Counted from the first letter of the stretch, positions 11,668 to 21,550 are shown. The stretch: DNA of 32,000 bases from Candidatus Kuenenia stuttgartensis (GCF_900232105.1 NZ_LT934425.1:3210001-3242000), one strand, 5' to 3'. The notes: generated by a model not told the origin, from the sequence alone. Made by a program: numbers and translations.

Positions 11668-13035
11668 TTATTTCAAGCGGACCAATTTGTTGCGGAGCGT
11701 GGTTCTTGGAATACCGAGTATTTCTGCCATCTTCACCTGATTACCGTTTGTTTTCTGGTGCGCCCATTCGATAAGTCTTTTTTCTACCTCGGTAAGAACA
11801 TCGTGTAATTGAATTGTTTGAGTGTTTGATAAATCCATAGAAATGAGTTTTTTGTGGATTTCTACTCTTTTTAAATAATCAGGCAGTGTATCGATAGTAA
11901 TGCCATGAGAATGGGAAAACGCAACGGCATGTTCTATTACATTTTCAAGTTCTCTTACATTTCCGGGCCAGTTATATTCCATAAGAACATTTAAGGTTTC
12001 CCTGGAGACTCCCGGCAAGGCGTCTTCATGCCTTGATACAAATTTTTTAAGAAAATAATTGATTAAACGAGGGATATCGTCCTTCCTTTCACGAAGGGGG
12101 GGAATGGTAATCGGCACCACGTTTAACCGGTAAAACAAATCTTCCCGGAACTCTCCCTTTTTTGCCAGTAGCAGAAGATCTTTTTTGGTGGCGCAAATGA
12201 TCCTTACGTTAATGGAAAGGGTTTTTTCGCCGCCTACTCTTTCAAATGTCCTTTCCTGGATTACCCGCAACAATTTTACCTGCATATCCAAAGGGATGTC
12301 ATCCACATCGTCGAGGAAAATAGAGCCTCCGTTTGCAAGCTCAAATCTGCCGCGTCTTGTCTTTATCGCACCGGTAAAGGAGCCTTTTTCATGTCCGAAA
12401 AGTTCGCTTTCCAGTATTTCTCTGTTTAGGGCGGCGCAGCTTACCCGGATAAAGGGACCCATTTTCCTGCCGCTATGATAATGCACTGCCCCCGCAATTT
12501 TTTCTTTGCCGGTACCGCTCTCTCCCTGTATGAGAATGGTGGAATCTCTGTCAGATATTTCTTTTACCGTTTCAATAAGTTTTTTCATTGCGTGACTGCT
12601 TCCAACGATATTATGAAACTCAAATTCAGATTGTATTTCTCTTCTCAGGCGGGTCACTTCAGCGGTTGTGTTTTTGTGTTGAAGCGCCCTTTGTAACTTA
12701 ATGATCAATTCGTCAGTGGAAAAGGGTTTTGCAATATAGTCATACGCCCCTTCCTTTGTTGCGGCGACAGCGCTTTCGAGGGTTCCATACGCAGTCATAA
12801 TTACGACTATAATGTCCGGATTATAATTTTTAATTTCTTTTAACAGCTCCATGCCATTCATGTTTGGCAATCGTAAGTCCGTCACCACTATGTCAAATTC
12901 TTCCGACCTTATCAAACTCATCCCTTCATTTGCGTTGTCAACAGAACTTACATCATACCCTTCTTTTTTTAACTGACTCTCCAGTGAAATCCTCATTAGT
13001 TTTTCATCATCGACAATTAAAATCTTGTTGCTCAT
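11668..13035 (-). CDS. NtrC-family sigma54-dependent response regulator
   Basis: Receiver 'ILIVDDEKLMR...VVTDLRLPNMNG'; AAA+ 'GESGTGKE', 'ELFGHEKGSFTGA', 'WPGNVRELEN'; Fis-type HTH at the C-terminus. Confidence 0.96.
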   Translation of the reverse strand: MSNKILIVDDEKLMRISLESQLKKEGYDVSSVDNANEGMSLIRSEEFDIVVTDLRLPNMNGMELLKEIKNYNPDIIVVIMTAYGTLESAVAATKEGAYDYIAKPFSTDELIIKLQRALQHKNTTAEVTRLRREIQSEFEFHNIVGSSHAMKKLIETVKEISDRDSTILIQGESGTGKEKIAGAVHYHSGRKMGPFIRVSCAALNREILESELFGHEKGSFTGAIKTRRGRFELANGGSIFLDDVDDIPLDMQVKLLRVIQERTFERVGGEKTLSINVRIICATKKDLLLLAKKGEFREDLFYRLNVVPITIPPLRERKDDIPRLINYFLKKFVSRHEDALPGVSRETLNVLMEYNWPGNVRELENVIEHAVAFSHSHGITIDTLPDYLKRVEIHKKLISMDLSNTQTIQLHDVLTEVEKRLIEWAHQKTNGNQVKMAEILGIPRTTLRNKLVRLK

Positions 13036-13167
13036 GTGAAACTCCTAAACTGGCATTGCCAGAACAAAATAAGCACGAAATACGAAATACGAAAGGCGGA
13101 ACCAAAGATTACACAGATTGTACAGATTAAAAAAATTAAACATTCGGATTTTACCATTTAATATTTA

Positions 13168-13212
13168 AACCGCCGGTTCTCAAGCTGGAGCTTGGGAACT
13201 AGCGGTTTTTTT
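13168..13212 (+). repeat. Strong hairpin with T-run on + strand
   Basis: AACCGC cg GTTCTCAAGCT gg AGCTTGGGAAC ta GCGGTTTTTTT. Confidence 0.7.
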
Positions 13213-13373
13213 CATAGAACTAAAGTATAAAATTATTTTATCCTCTCCATTCTGCCGCGGTGGTTTTTTTTAAGTTAACAGGAAAATATTGCTATTGTAA
13301 AGAGAAAGTGTTTTTTAGTCGCTGTTTTACGTCATTGTACGGTTTTCCCAGGCGTCTTTATCCGCAGTCCTTG

Positions 13374-15683
13374 CTACGTTGTTGCCTTTCTCACAGGCAA
13401 ACATATAGAGAATGTTGTTCCTTTGCCGGGCTTGCTATCCACAAAAATGTTTCCGTCATGGTCTTCCACAATCCTTTTGCTAATGGCAAGTCCCAGGCCG
13501 CTTCCCATTTCTTTTGTGGTGAAAAAAGGGTTGAAGATCCTGCTGGCAATATCATCGTTAATGCCAGGCCCGGTATCGGTAATTTTTATGTGTATGCTTG
13601 ATTTCAGATGGTTGCAATGGCCGGTGGCAATGGTGAGTTTTCCGCCGTCATCCATGCAGTCAAGCGCGTTTACCAGAATGTTAATTATCACCTGTGAAAT
13701 CTGATCAGCATCTGCGTAAATTTCCGGCAAGCCGGAAAACAGACGTTCTTCCAGTGTTATCCGTTGTTCTTTGATGCGGTGATCCAAAAACCGTATGGAA
13801 TTTCTTACTACCGTATTTACGCAATGATTGTCCATATGTGTTGAATAAGGACGGGAAAATGCCATGAGCTGTTTTACAATAACTTCTATCCTTTTCAATC
13901 CTTCTGCCATTAATTCCAGAAATTCTTTGTTTTGTGAAATATTTTCCGGTTCCCTGGACATCATTTTTACGAAATTTAGCAATCCTCCCAGCGGGTTGTT
14001 TATTTCATGGGCAACGCCCGCCGCCAATTCGCCGACAGCGGCAAGGCGTTCGGTTTGAATAAGCTGCATTTCCATCCTTTTTCTTTCGGTGACGTCCCTG
14101 CAAATCCATTGAATCGTCCTTTTTTTGCCATATGCAATAATACTTGCGCTAATGCTCGTGGGGATGATTCTTCCGTCAGCATGCTGGCAATCAAGGTTGT
14201 CCAGCATACCGGAGCCTTTCTTATTTATTTCACGCCATAAATGTTTGGTTTTTTGCCGGTCATATTCCGGCACAATCTCCCATATTTTTCTCCGGCTTAA
14301 TTCCTTTTTTGTGTATCCCGATAGTTCTTCCGCCTTTTTGTTTGAATCAACAATATGCGCCATATCCGGGTCAAGGGTGAAAATGGCGTCATTGGCAAGA
14401 TTTATTGATTCCCTGTATTTTTCTTCAGAAGCCCTCAACTGAGAGGTTCTCTCTCTTATTCTTTGTTCAAGTCCTGCGTATGATTCTTCCAGCTTTTCTG
14501 CCATTTTGTTAAACTCGGACGCAAGCCTGCCAACCTCATCTCCTGATTTAATTGATATTCTGTGGTTAAGGCTTCCCTTGCCAATTGCTTCCGCTCCCTT
14601 CACCAGTTGAAGAATCGGCTGAGTTATTCCATGGGTAATGATGAAAACGATAGCTATGATAACGAGGACGCTTGCGCTGACTAAGGTAATGACATGTATT
14701 TTTAATTTTGTAATGGGCTTAAAGGCCTCCTGTTTGTCCTGCTTTACCAGCAGCCCCCACTTTACAGGGGAAATATGGCGGAAAGCGCAAAGGACTTCTA
14801 CCCCTCTGTAATCATACGCTTCCATAATGCCTTCTTCCATAGAGTCGAGCATAAAAGATTCAGGCGCTATTAGTCTTATGGGAATACTCAGGCTTAGTGC
14901 AGTATTTGCCAAATGGCGCGAGTTGTTGAGAAATATCAACTTGTTGCCATTGCGGCGTACTAATAACGTTTCGCCGGTATCTTCCCTTCCCGGCCAGTCC
15001 TGCATTAACGCATTGATGGAGTCTTCCGTGTTTACCCTGATAAGAACAATGCCATTGACTTCGTCCGTTTCCTCCATAGTTATCGGATCAGTGAGTTTTG
15101 TTGTACTAAAGAAAGTCATGCCTATTTGCTTTGTATATTCTGAATAGTGGATATCTTTAAAAGGCATTCCCTTATTATTCAGGACATCAAGGTAATAAGG
15201 GAAATCCTTGTCGAACATACCGATATTGGAAGGGTTCGTGGATATAACAATTTCACCGTTTTCAATATCGAGGATAGATATCTCATCACAATAAATGAGT
15301 TTTTCCTTAAGGCTGTTTAAATATTCTGACAACCGGTTATAATACACCCTTCCGATCTCGGTTTCTTTCATACTGCCGATGGTGCGAAATGCTTTTCTCA
15401 GATACAGCAGATTGGAAAAAGATACCTCTAAAGATTTGTTTGTAGAAAGAACGCTAATATCTACGACCCTTTCCTGTAGCCAACTGTTCAGTTGTGTTTT
15501 TTTTAAATCAGCAATAGAAGTGAGTTTTTCCACCACTTTTTCGCTTAATGCCTTTTTCCCTTTTTTGTATGAAGTACTGATTACTACAAGAATCGGGATG
15601 GTAGTAATTAGTATAAGATAGAAAATAAGTTTTATTTTTATGGTCTTGAAAAAACGGAAATATGTTTTTTTCTGTTTGGGCAT
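13374..15683 (-). CDS. Membrane sensor histidine kinase (periplasmic sensor, HAMP, PAS, HisKA, HATPase)
   Basis: 'AAVGELAAGVAHEINNPLGGLLNF', 'DADQISQVIINILVNALDCM', 'GSGLGLAISKRIVEDHDG'. The Met at 15683 is a more likely start than 15716. Confidence 0.93.
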   Translation of the reverse strand: MPKQKKTYFRFFKTIKIKLIFYLILITTIPILVVISTSYKKGKKALSEKVVEKLTSIADLKKTQLNSWLQERVVDISVLSTNKSLEVSFSNLLYLRKAFRTIGSMKETEIGRVYYNRLSEYLNSLKEKLIYCDEISILDIENGEIVISTNPSNIGMFDKDFPYYLDVLNNKGMPFKDIHYSEYTKQIGMTFFSTTKLTDPITMEETDEVNGIVLIRVNTEDSINALMQDWPGREDTGETLLVRRNGNKLIFLNNSRHLANTALSLSIPIRLIAPESFMLDSMEEGIMEAYDYRGVEVLCAFRHISPVKWGLLVKQDKQEAFKPITKLKIHVITLVSASVLVIIAIVFIITHGITQPILQLVKGAEAIGKGSLNHRISIKSGDEVGRLASEFNKMAEKLEESYAGLEQRIRERTSQLRASEEKYRESINLANDAIFTLDPDMAHIVDSNKKAEELSGYTKKELSRRKIWEIVPEYDRQKTKHLWREINKKGSGMLDNLDCQHADGRIIPTSISASIIAYGKKRTIQWICRDVTERKRMEMQLIQTERLAAVGELAAGVAHEINNPLGGLLNFVKMMSREPENISQNKEFLELMAEGLKRIEVIVKQLMAFSRPYSTHMDNHCVNTVVRNSIRFLDHRIKEQRITLEERLFSGLPEIYADADQISQVIINILVNALDCMDDGGKLTIATGHCNHLKSSIHIKITDTGPGINDDIASRIFNPFFTTKEMGSGLGLAISKRIVEDHDGNIFVDSKPGKGTTFSICLPVRKATT

Positions 15684-15835
15684 ATTTTTTTCTGCAGTTT
15701 TCAACGGCAGTTCCAATCCTGGTTAAGTATAAGAAAGTTCATATAAATTAAACCCCGCAATGGGCATGGCAATCGCGGTATAACGACAATTTTTTCGGGT
15801 TTAGACCCTAATCCGGACAAGCAAGAATCAAACAA

Positions 15836-15900
15836 GCGCGAAATAAAAAATACGAAATACGAAATACGAAACAAATTTCAAAATACAAAATCCTAATAAA
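15836..15900. repeat. AT-rich heptad repeat (atacgaa)n
   Basis: atacgaa/atacgaa/atacgaa/acaaatt/tcaaaat/acaaaat; reverse-complement relative of the cgtattt repeats at 9355 and 25151. Confidence 0.7.
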
Positions 15901-15944
15901 AAAACGGTAACACGTTAGTCTTTTGAAACTGGAAATTGTTATTT

Positions 15945-15971
15945 GTAGTGCGACGAGGTTCGTCGCACTAC
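15945..15971. repeat. Perfect 12-bp palindromic hairpin
   Basis: GTAGTGCGACGA ggt TCGTCGCACTAC. Confidence 0.85.
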
Positions 15972-16552
15972 ATGAATTTAGTGGGCTTAGATATTTTAAG
16001 TAAGGAACGAGCAGCAACTGTTTATATCATCCGCCCCCTACGCTTACGGCAAGCAGCGCTATTATTGAAATTTTTCAAAGAACTAAAGTATTACAAAAAA
16101 ACGGGGTTTTGAATATTTCCCCTGCTTGTTTCCAAACGCTGGCTTGAAAACAAGACTACAAAAAATAGCTTAAGCACATGTACCGCAATATGATATGACT
16201 ATAAAACCATTTTCATCGTTTCTGGGTATTGCTAATGCAACATGATGACTGTTTGGGAAAAAGCAGGAATCCTCCCCTTACCCCTCCAAAGCGGGAGAAT
16301 GTCCCCCGGTGGCGGGGGTACAGGGGGTGGATTCGTATTTAGCATTTCGGATTTACCATTAAATATTTTGCCAAAACATGCAAAGAAATTACAGCTAAGG
16401 TACTAAAAGGCAGTTTTTACTTTTTCAAAAGACTAAAGTGTTACAAAAACGTTTATTTTACTATCCGTTCAATTTTTATATAATATTTAATCTGAATGTG
16501 ATACAAATAATAAAAAAGGACTTTATTTGGCTAATTTACAGGAGCAAATGTT

Positions 16553-17719
16553 ATGTTGAAAAAAATGAACCTTTCTTTTATTTCCTGTTTTTGCATTATA
16601 GTAACAATTCTTATTCAGTTCAAATCTATCCATGCCGAAGATGCGGATATTCCATGGCAGATGTTTCGAAGGGATTTGCAGCATACCGGCCAAAGCCCTT
16701 TTGTTGGGCCAAAAAACAGTGAGGTAAAGTGGGCTTTTAAAATTGATACGCGTATTACCTCATCTCCTGCAGTAGGGTGTGACGGCGTCATTTATTTCGG
16801 CTCGGTAGACGGCAGATTATATGCTCTTAACCAGGATGGTGCAGAAAAATGGGTACTTCAGGTAGGTGACGAAATAACAGCTTCTCCTGCTATCGGAAGG
16901 GATGGGACAATTTATATTGGTTCGCGGGATAAAAAAATGTATGCTGTTTCTCCTGAAGGAAAGGTAGTGTGGACTTATAAAACGGAGGGTATCATTCTCT
17001 CCTCGGCAGCGGTAACGAAAGATGCCGTATATTTCGGCGCTGATGATAACAACCTCTACGTCCTCTCGCTTGATGGAACATTAAAATGGAGATATACTGC
17101 CCCAAGCAATTTAAAAGCCTCCCCTTCCCTATGGGATGATGGCTCGGTCTGTATCTTTGCAGAAAAAGGCACCCTTCATGCAATTTCCGCTGATGGCGCC
17201 CAGAAGTGGGTAAAAAGAGTGGGGTCTGGCGTCTATTCCTCGTTTTCATCCCCCGCTATCGGAAAAGATGGGGTGGTGTATGTCGGCGCGGATAATGGGA
17301 GAATGGTTGCCATAAATCCTGACGGAAACATTCGCTGGTATGTCAATACCGGCAAAGCGGTGCATAGCAGTCCTGCAATAGGAAAGGATGGGGCAATTGT
17401 GTTCGGCGCATATAATGGCTTTGTATATGCTATTTATCCTGACTGTAAATTAAAGTGGAGCTTTAGAACAGGGGGTTGGGTAGAATCATCCCCTGCAATC
17501 GATGCCGATGGAACTGTTTACATTGGTTCCAGTGACGGAAAACTTTATGCCATCGACTCAAAAGGCAATTTGAAATGGTCATTCCAAACAATGGCCGCGG
17601 TTGAAGCATCACCTGCCATTGGGCCAAATGGCGCAATTTACATCGGTTCCAATGATAATCATTTTTATGCAATTGGCGGGGAAGAAAGAGATACTCCAGT
17701 GCCTCTGTTCGATAAATAG
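16553..17719 (+). CDS. Secreted PQQ-binding-like beta-propeller repeat protein
   Basis: Signal peptide; about seven repeats of 'SSPAIGxDGxxYxGSxDGxLYAIxxxGxxKW'. Confidence 0.9.
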   Translation: MLKKMNLSFISCFCIIVTILIQFKSIHAEDADIPWQMFRRDLQHTGQSPFVGPKNSEVKWAFKIDTRITSSPAVGCDGVIYFGSVDGRLYALNQDGAEKWVLQVGDEITASPAIGRDGTIYIGSRDKKMYAVSPEGKVVWTYKTEGIILSSAAVTKDAVYFGADDNNLYVLSLDGTLKWRYTAPSNLKASPSLWDDGSVCIFAEKGTLHAISADGAQKWVKRVGSGVYSSFSSPAIGKDGVVYVGADNGRMVAINPDGNIRWYVNTGKAVHSSPAIGKDGAIVFGAYNGFVYAIYPDCKLKWSFRTGGWVESSPAIDADGTVYIGSSDGKLYAIDSKGNLKWSFQTMAAVEASPAIGPNGAIYIGSNDNHFYAIGGEERDTPVPLFDK

Positions 17720-17785
17720 TACCTTAACATATGAGGTACTATTTAAAATCGTACATCCCAAACCGTAATTCGTAAATCTAAAAAG

Positions 17786-18778
17786 ATGAATAGCAAAGGG
17801 AAAATCAGTAGACGAGGTTTTTTAAAGACAGGCATTGCCGTAGGCGCGGGAGTGTATGGACTTCCGTATCTTCGTGCAATAAAGAAGAAACCTACGCTGA
17901 AACAATTGAAGGAACATGATCTGAAGCCAGGGATAGTTGTGGTTCACGGAGATAGTGCAAACGCAAATGGAGAAGATGTGGTTGTTAAAGAAATGGTAAG
18001 GCGTGCAATAAGCGCACTGGGTGGGATGCGTAAACTTGTTTCCAATGGCGACCGGGTACTTATCAAGCCAAACATTGCATGGAACCAGTCTCCGGAATTT
18101 GCAGCCAATACAAACCCCTGCGTCGTTGCCGCGCTTGTTGCATTATGTAAAGATGCAGGTGCCCGTTCGGTAGTGGTTATGGACCATACATGTTCCGCAA
18201 ACCCAGAAACATCTTACAATAGGAGCGGCATTGTTTCCGCCGCCATCCGGGCTGGTGCGAAGGTTTCATACATAAACAAAAATCGGTTCAGGGATTTTGT
18301 TATCCCGGACGGCACGGTTTTAAAACAGTGGTCATTTTACGAGGAAATGGTGTATAAGGACGAAGTCGACGTCCTCATTAATGTGCCCATAGCGAAACAA
18401 CATGGCACATCAAGGCTTTCCATGGCTTTGAAAAATGTCTTTGGCATGATCGGAGGAGACAGGGGAAGTCTGCATACCGATATACACCCAAAAATTGCAG
18501 ATCTCAACAAATTTGTGAAAGTAGATCTTACCGTGCTTGACGCCTTCAGGATTTTAAAAAAGAACGGACCCACTGGCGGACGGCTGGATGATGTAGATAA
18601 TTCGCAGGAACACGCAAGGCGCATCATTGTCAGCACTGACCCCGTTGCAGTTGACGCATATGGCGCAACATTGTTTGGCATTCAGCCAAAGGACGTGGGC
18701 TATATCAGGAAATCCCATGAAGAGGGATTAGGGGAAATCGATTATACATCAATGGGTTTTGAAGAATTTCACGTGTAA
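17786..18778 (+). CDS. DUF362 domain protein with Tat signal
   Basis: 'ISRRGFLKTGIAVGAG' Tat motif; 'VLIKPNIAW', 'HGTSRLSMALKNVFGMIGG', 'DAFRILKKNGPTGG', 'STDPVAVDAYGATLFG'. Confidence 0.88.
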   Translation: MNSKGKISRRGFLKTGIAVGAGVYGLPYLRAIKKKPTLKQLKEHDLKPGIVVVHGDSANANGEDVVVKEMVRRAISALGGMRKLVSNGDRVLIKPNIAWNQSPEFAANTNPCVVAALVALCKDAGARSVVVMDHTCSANPETSYNRSGIVSAAIRAGAKVSYINKNRFRDFVIPDGTVLKQWSFYEEMVYKDEVDVLINVPIAKQHGTSRLSMALKNVFGMIGGDRGSLHTDIHPKIADLNKFVKVDLTVLDAFRILKKNGPTGGRLDDVDNSQEHARRIIVSTDPVAVDAYGATLFGIQPKDVGYIRKSHEEGLGEIDYTSMGFEEFHV

Positions 18779-18787
18779 TCAACGGCG

Positions 18788-21250
18788 ATGCAGGACAAAC
18801 ACACACAAAACAATTGGCCTTTTCATTTCCGCAGGGTCATACAATACATTAGCTTCTCGGCATTCATTTATCTGCTGCTCTTTTTAGATCCTCTAACCGA
18901 AAGAGATGCACCGGCGAACATATTTCTTCGCATGAGGCCCCTTTCTGCTATAGGGGCAATGATGGCGGTAAGGGCGTTTATTTTCAACTACTGGCCTGCA
19001 TTCATTGTCTTATTGCTAACGATACCCTTTGGGCGCTATTTCTGCGCGTGGATTTGCCCTCTGGGAACAACAATAGATATCACAGACCGTTTTTTTGCCA
19101 GTTTTCGAAAACATGCGCAAAGAAGGCTCTATGACGGAAGATGTCTGAAATACTATCTCCTTGCATTTCTTTTATTAAGCCTGCTCCTGGGGCTGCAATG
19201 CGCCGGATGGTTTGATCCCCTCTCCATCGCGACAAGCGTATTTGCAATGAGTATCCATCCTTATATTATCCATCTGGACGATTCCCTTTTTGTTTATTTG
19301 GAACATATTCCTCTTTTGGGTTATTTATTTTCCTTTTTTCATGCCTTTTTCCAGAAAATCCTTTTTGCCTGGCATGCCCCTTTCTTCCGTTCACACGGAA
19401 TCATTTTGTTTGCCTTTGTGATCATCATTGCCTTTGGAATGGTATTGCGGCGCTACTGGTGCAGGAATATTTGTCCGATGGGTGCGCTGTTTGCTCTTTT
19501 CTCCGACTGGTCATTCTTTAAACGGAATGTTTCGTCAACATGCACAAGCTGCGGTTTGTGTGTTGAAAAATGCGGTATGGGTGCAATGGAAAGCGATGGG
19601 AAAAGCACGAAAGAGGGAGAGTGTATTTTGTGTATGACCTGCCGGAAGGTGTGTCCGGAACAGAGTGTCACCTTCAGGAGGTTTCAGCCTTCTTTGCAAA
19701 AACATGCTATCAGCCTTTCCAGGAGGGCATTTGTTGTAAGCGGGATTACCGGCGCGGCAATCGCCCCTTTTTTGAAATTAAACTACCGGAAAAAAATAAA
19801 CAAGGAAACCGTTTCCATAATTCGTCCGCCAGGTGCGGTGAATGAAAAAGAATTTATTGCCCGCTGCATACGGTGCGGGGAGTGTATGAAGGTTTGCAAA
19901 ACGAACGGACTGCATCCTGTGTTATTGGAATATGGCATTGAAGGCATATGGACGCCGCAATTAATACCCCGGATAGGATATTGTGATTATGGATGTGTGC
20001 TGTGCACACGGGTATGTCCGTCAGGGGCTATAAAACCTTTGCCGCTTGAAGAAAAACGGTGGGTCGCGTTAGGAAAGGCCAGAATAGACCATAACAGATG
20101 TATTCCATGGGTGGGCTATTCACGCCTTCCCGAACTGAAGAAGGAATGGCAGGATTTTAATTGCGGTGTATGTGAAGAGGTGTGCCCCGTTCCGACAAAG
20201 GCGATCCATTTTAATACCTATGTGGACGAACAAGGCCGGGAAATTCGCAGGCCTTTTGTAAGAGAAGATGTTTGCGTAGGGTGCGGTTTCTGTGAAAAGG
20301 TCTGCCCCGTTTTAGGGACTTCCGCTATTGTCGTGGAAGGCATCCAGCCGCAAACTACGGTAAAAAAAGAAAGGTCTGTAAAAATAGTATCGTCCGGCAA
20401 CTTTCTCCCCAAAACACTTGGAAAGTGGAAAAGGATTGCAGAGCCGAGGATTTACGAAGGAGGCGAAAAATTATATGAATATATAAATGGAGGCGCGGAG
20501 CTGTATTTAGCGTATTCGTTTATCCGGGTGACGAATGCGGAGTATGGAGATGATACAGGGAAGAGGATTTCCATAGATGTTTGGGAGTTTGAAACTGCGG
20601 AAGACGCATTCGGCGTCTTCACAAAAGACCGTGCGGGTATTGGGATACCATTAGGCAACAGGGCGTCTTTGTTTGAAAATTACTTGTGTGTATGGAATGA
20701 TGTGTATTGCATAAAGGTAGCGCCATGGGAGGGCAGTATTTCTGGCGGAGAAATTACTTCTTTTGGTAAATCCATTATCGATTTAATGCCCTACAAAAAA
20801 GAAATCCTCCCCGATATAGTACGTTATTTGCCGGAGGATTCTCTTGTGAAAGAAAGCCTGAAATTTTTTCACGAAAAGATCATTCTGGATAATATCTATA
20901 TATCCGATAATTTTATTGAAGAAAATGTATTTCATTTAAGCAAACAGACGGACGCCCTTATCGCAGAATACAAAACGAGGGAAGAGACCGCCCCTTTACT
21001 GCTACTGTTGATAAAATATCCAGACCGTGATGCGACATCAATCGCATTTGAAGCGGTGGTTCAGTTGTGGAGGTCATGGGGAGAAAAAGAGACGCACTCA
21101 AATGCCATCCATACCTTTCAAAACGAAAACGGATACTTTACCTCATGGTTGCAGGAAAAACATCTTCTGTCAGCAACATTTCTTTCCCAAAAAAAGGAAG
21201 AGGGTGAAGAATTGCTTCGCCGTGTACTGCAAAATGATAAAATCAAATAA
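18788..21250 (+). CDS. NapH-like membrane ferredoxin fused to NapG/MauM-like ferredoxin and a C-terminal DUF6599-like domain
   Basis: 'RYFCAWICPLGTTIDI', 'CRNICPMGALFALF', 'CTSCGLCVEKCGMGAM', 'CILCMTCRKVCPEQ', internal 'SRRAFVVSGITGAAIAP', 'CIRCGECMKVC', 'CGVCEEVCPVP', 'CVGCGFCEKVCPV', then 'EKLYEYINGGAELYLAY...EFETAEDAFGVF'. Confidence 0.88.
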   Translation: MQDKHTQNNWPFHFRRVIQYISFSAFIYLLLFLDPLTERDAPANIFLRMRPLSAIGAMMAVRAFIFNYWPAFIVLLLTIPFGRYFCAWICPLGTTIDITDRFFASFRKHAQRRLYDGRCLKYYLLAFLLLSLLLGLQCAGWFDPLSIATSVFAMSIHPYIIHLDDSLFVYLEHIPLLGYLFSFFHAFFQKILFAWHAPFFRSHGIILFAFVIIIAFGMVLRRYWCRNICPMGALFALFSDWSFFKRNVSSTCTSCGLCVEKCGMGAMESDGKSTKEGECILCMTCRKVCPEQSVTFRRFQPSLQKHAISLSRRAFVVSGITGAAIAPFLKLNYRKKINKETVSIIRPPGAVNEKEFIARCIRCGECMKVCKTNGLHPVLLEYGIEGIWTPQLIPRIGYCDYGCVLCTRVCPSGAIKPLPLEEKRWVALGKARIDHNRCIPWVGYSRLPELKKEWQDFNCGVCEEVCPVPTKAIHFNTYVDEQGREIRRPFVREDVCVGCGFCEKVCPVLGTSAIVVEGIQPQTTVKKERSVKIVSSGNFLPKTLGKWKRIAEPRIYEGGEKLYEYINGGAELYLAYSFIRVTNAEYGDDTGKRISIDVWEFETAEDAFGVFTKDRAGIGIPLGNRASLFENYLCVWNDVYCIKVAPWEGSISGGEITSFGKSIIDLMPYKKEILPDIVRYLPEDSLVKESLKFFHEKIILDNIYISDNFIEENVFHLSKQTDALIAEYKTREETAPLLLLLIKYPDRDATSIAFEAVVQLWRSWGEKETHSNAIHTFQNENGYFTSWLQEKHLLSATFLSQKKEEGEELLRRVLQNDKIK

Positions 21251-21261
21251 AGGACTCGAGC

Positions 21262-21370
21262 GGTCGGCAATCTACAATCGGCTTTCAATAGAGGCCAGAG
21301 GTCGGAGGTCAGATGTCCGCGAAAAACTCTGACTTCTGAAATTGGCAATCGGCAAAATTGCAGATTGAGG
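21262..21370. repeat. Heptad foldback repeat, copy B
   Basis: gtcggcaatctacaatcggc ... gaggtcggaggtcagatgtcc ... attggcaatcggcaaaattgcagattg. Confidence 0.7.
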
Positions 21371-21423
21371 GTTGCGCCTTGCGCTTTTCCCCCGGAGCTA
21401 TTTATTTGACGCCGAATTAATTA

Positions 21424-21451
21424 TTGACAAAAAAATGAATGATTTTATAAT
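21424..21451 (+). promoter_or_regulatory. Sigma70-type promoter
   Basis: Exact TTGACA, 16-nt spacer, exact TATAAT, located upstream of the structured leader. Confidence 0.75.
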
Positions 21452-21486
21452 GTACTTACTAAAACAATAGCTCTTTTTTATAGTAA

Positions 21487-21550
21487 CTATTGATAAAGGC
21501 AAACCAGTCGTGAGGCTGGGACGCAAAGCAAAGAGTCTTTAACTTATTCA
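21487..21550 (+). promoter_or_regulatory. c-di-GMP-I (GEMM-I)-like riboswitch, conserved 5' half
   Basis: 'GATAAAGGCAAACCAGTCGTGAGGCTGGGACGCAAAGCAAAGAGTCTTTAAC' has the GGCAAACC/GGGACGCAAAGC core and GNRA (GTGA) tetraloop. The canonical second-helix sequence is not evident. Confidence 0.6.

Noticed and set aside
13300-13601. Possible coding region on + strand (113-aa ORF from 13260)
   Set aside because: Mostly antisense to the histidine kinase HATPase domain; no signature.
15808-16017. 69-aa minus ORF
   Set aside because: Translation of (atacgaa)n repeat and hairpin, not a gene.
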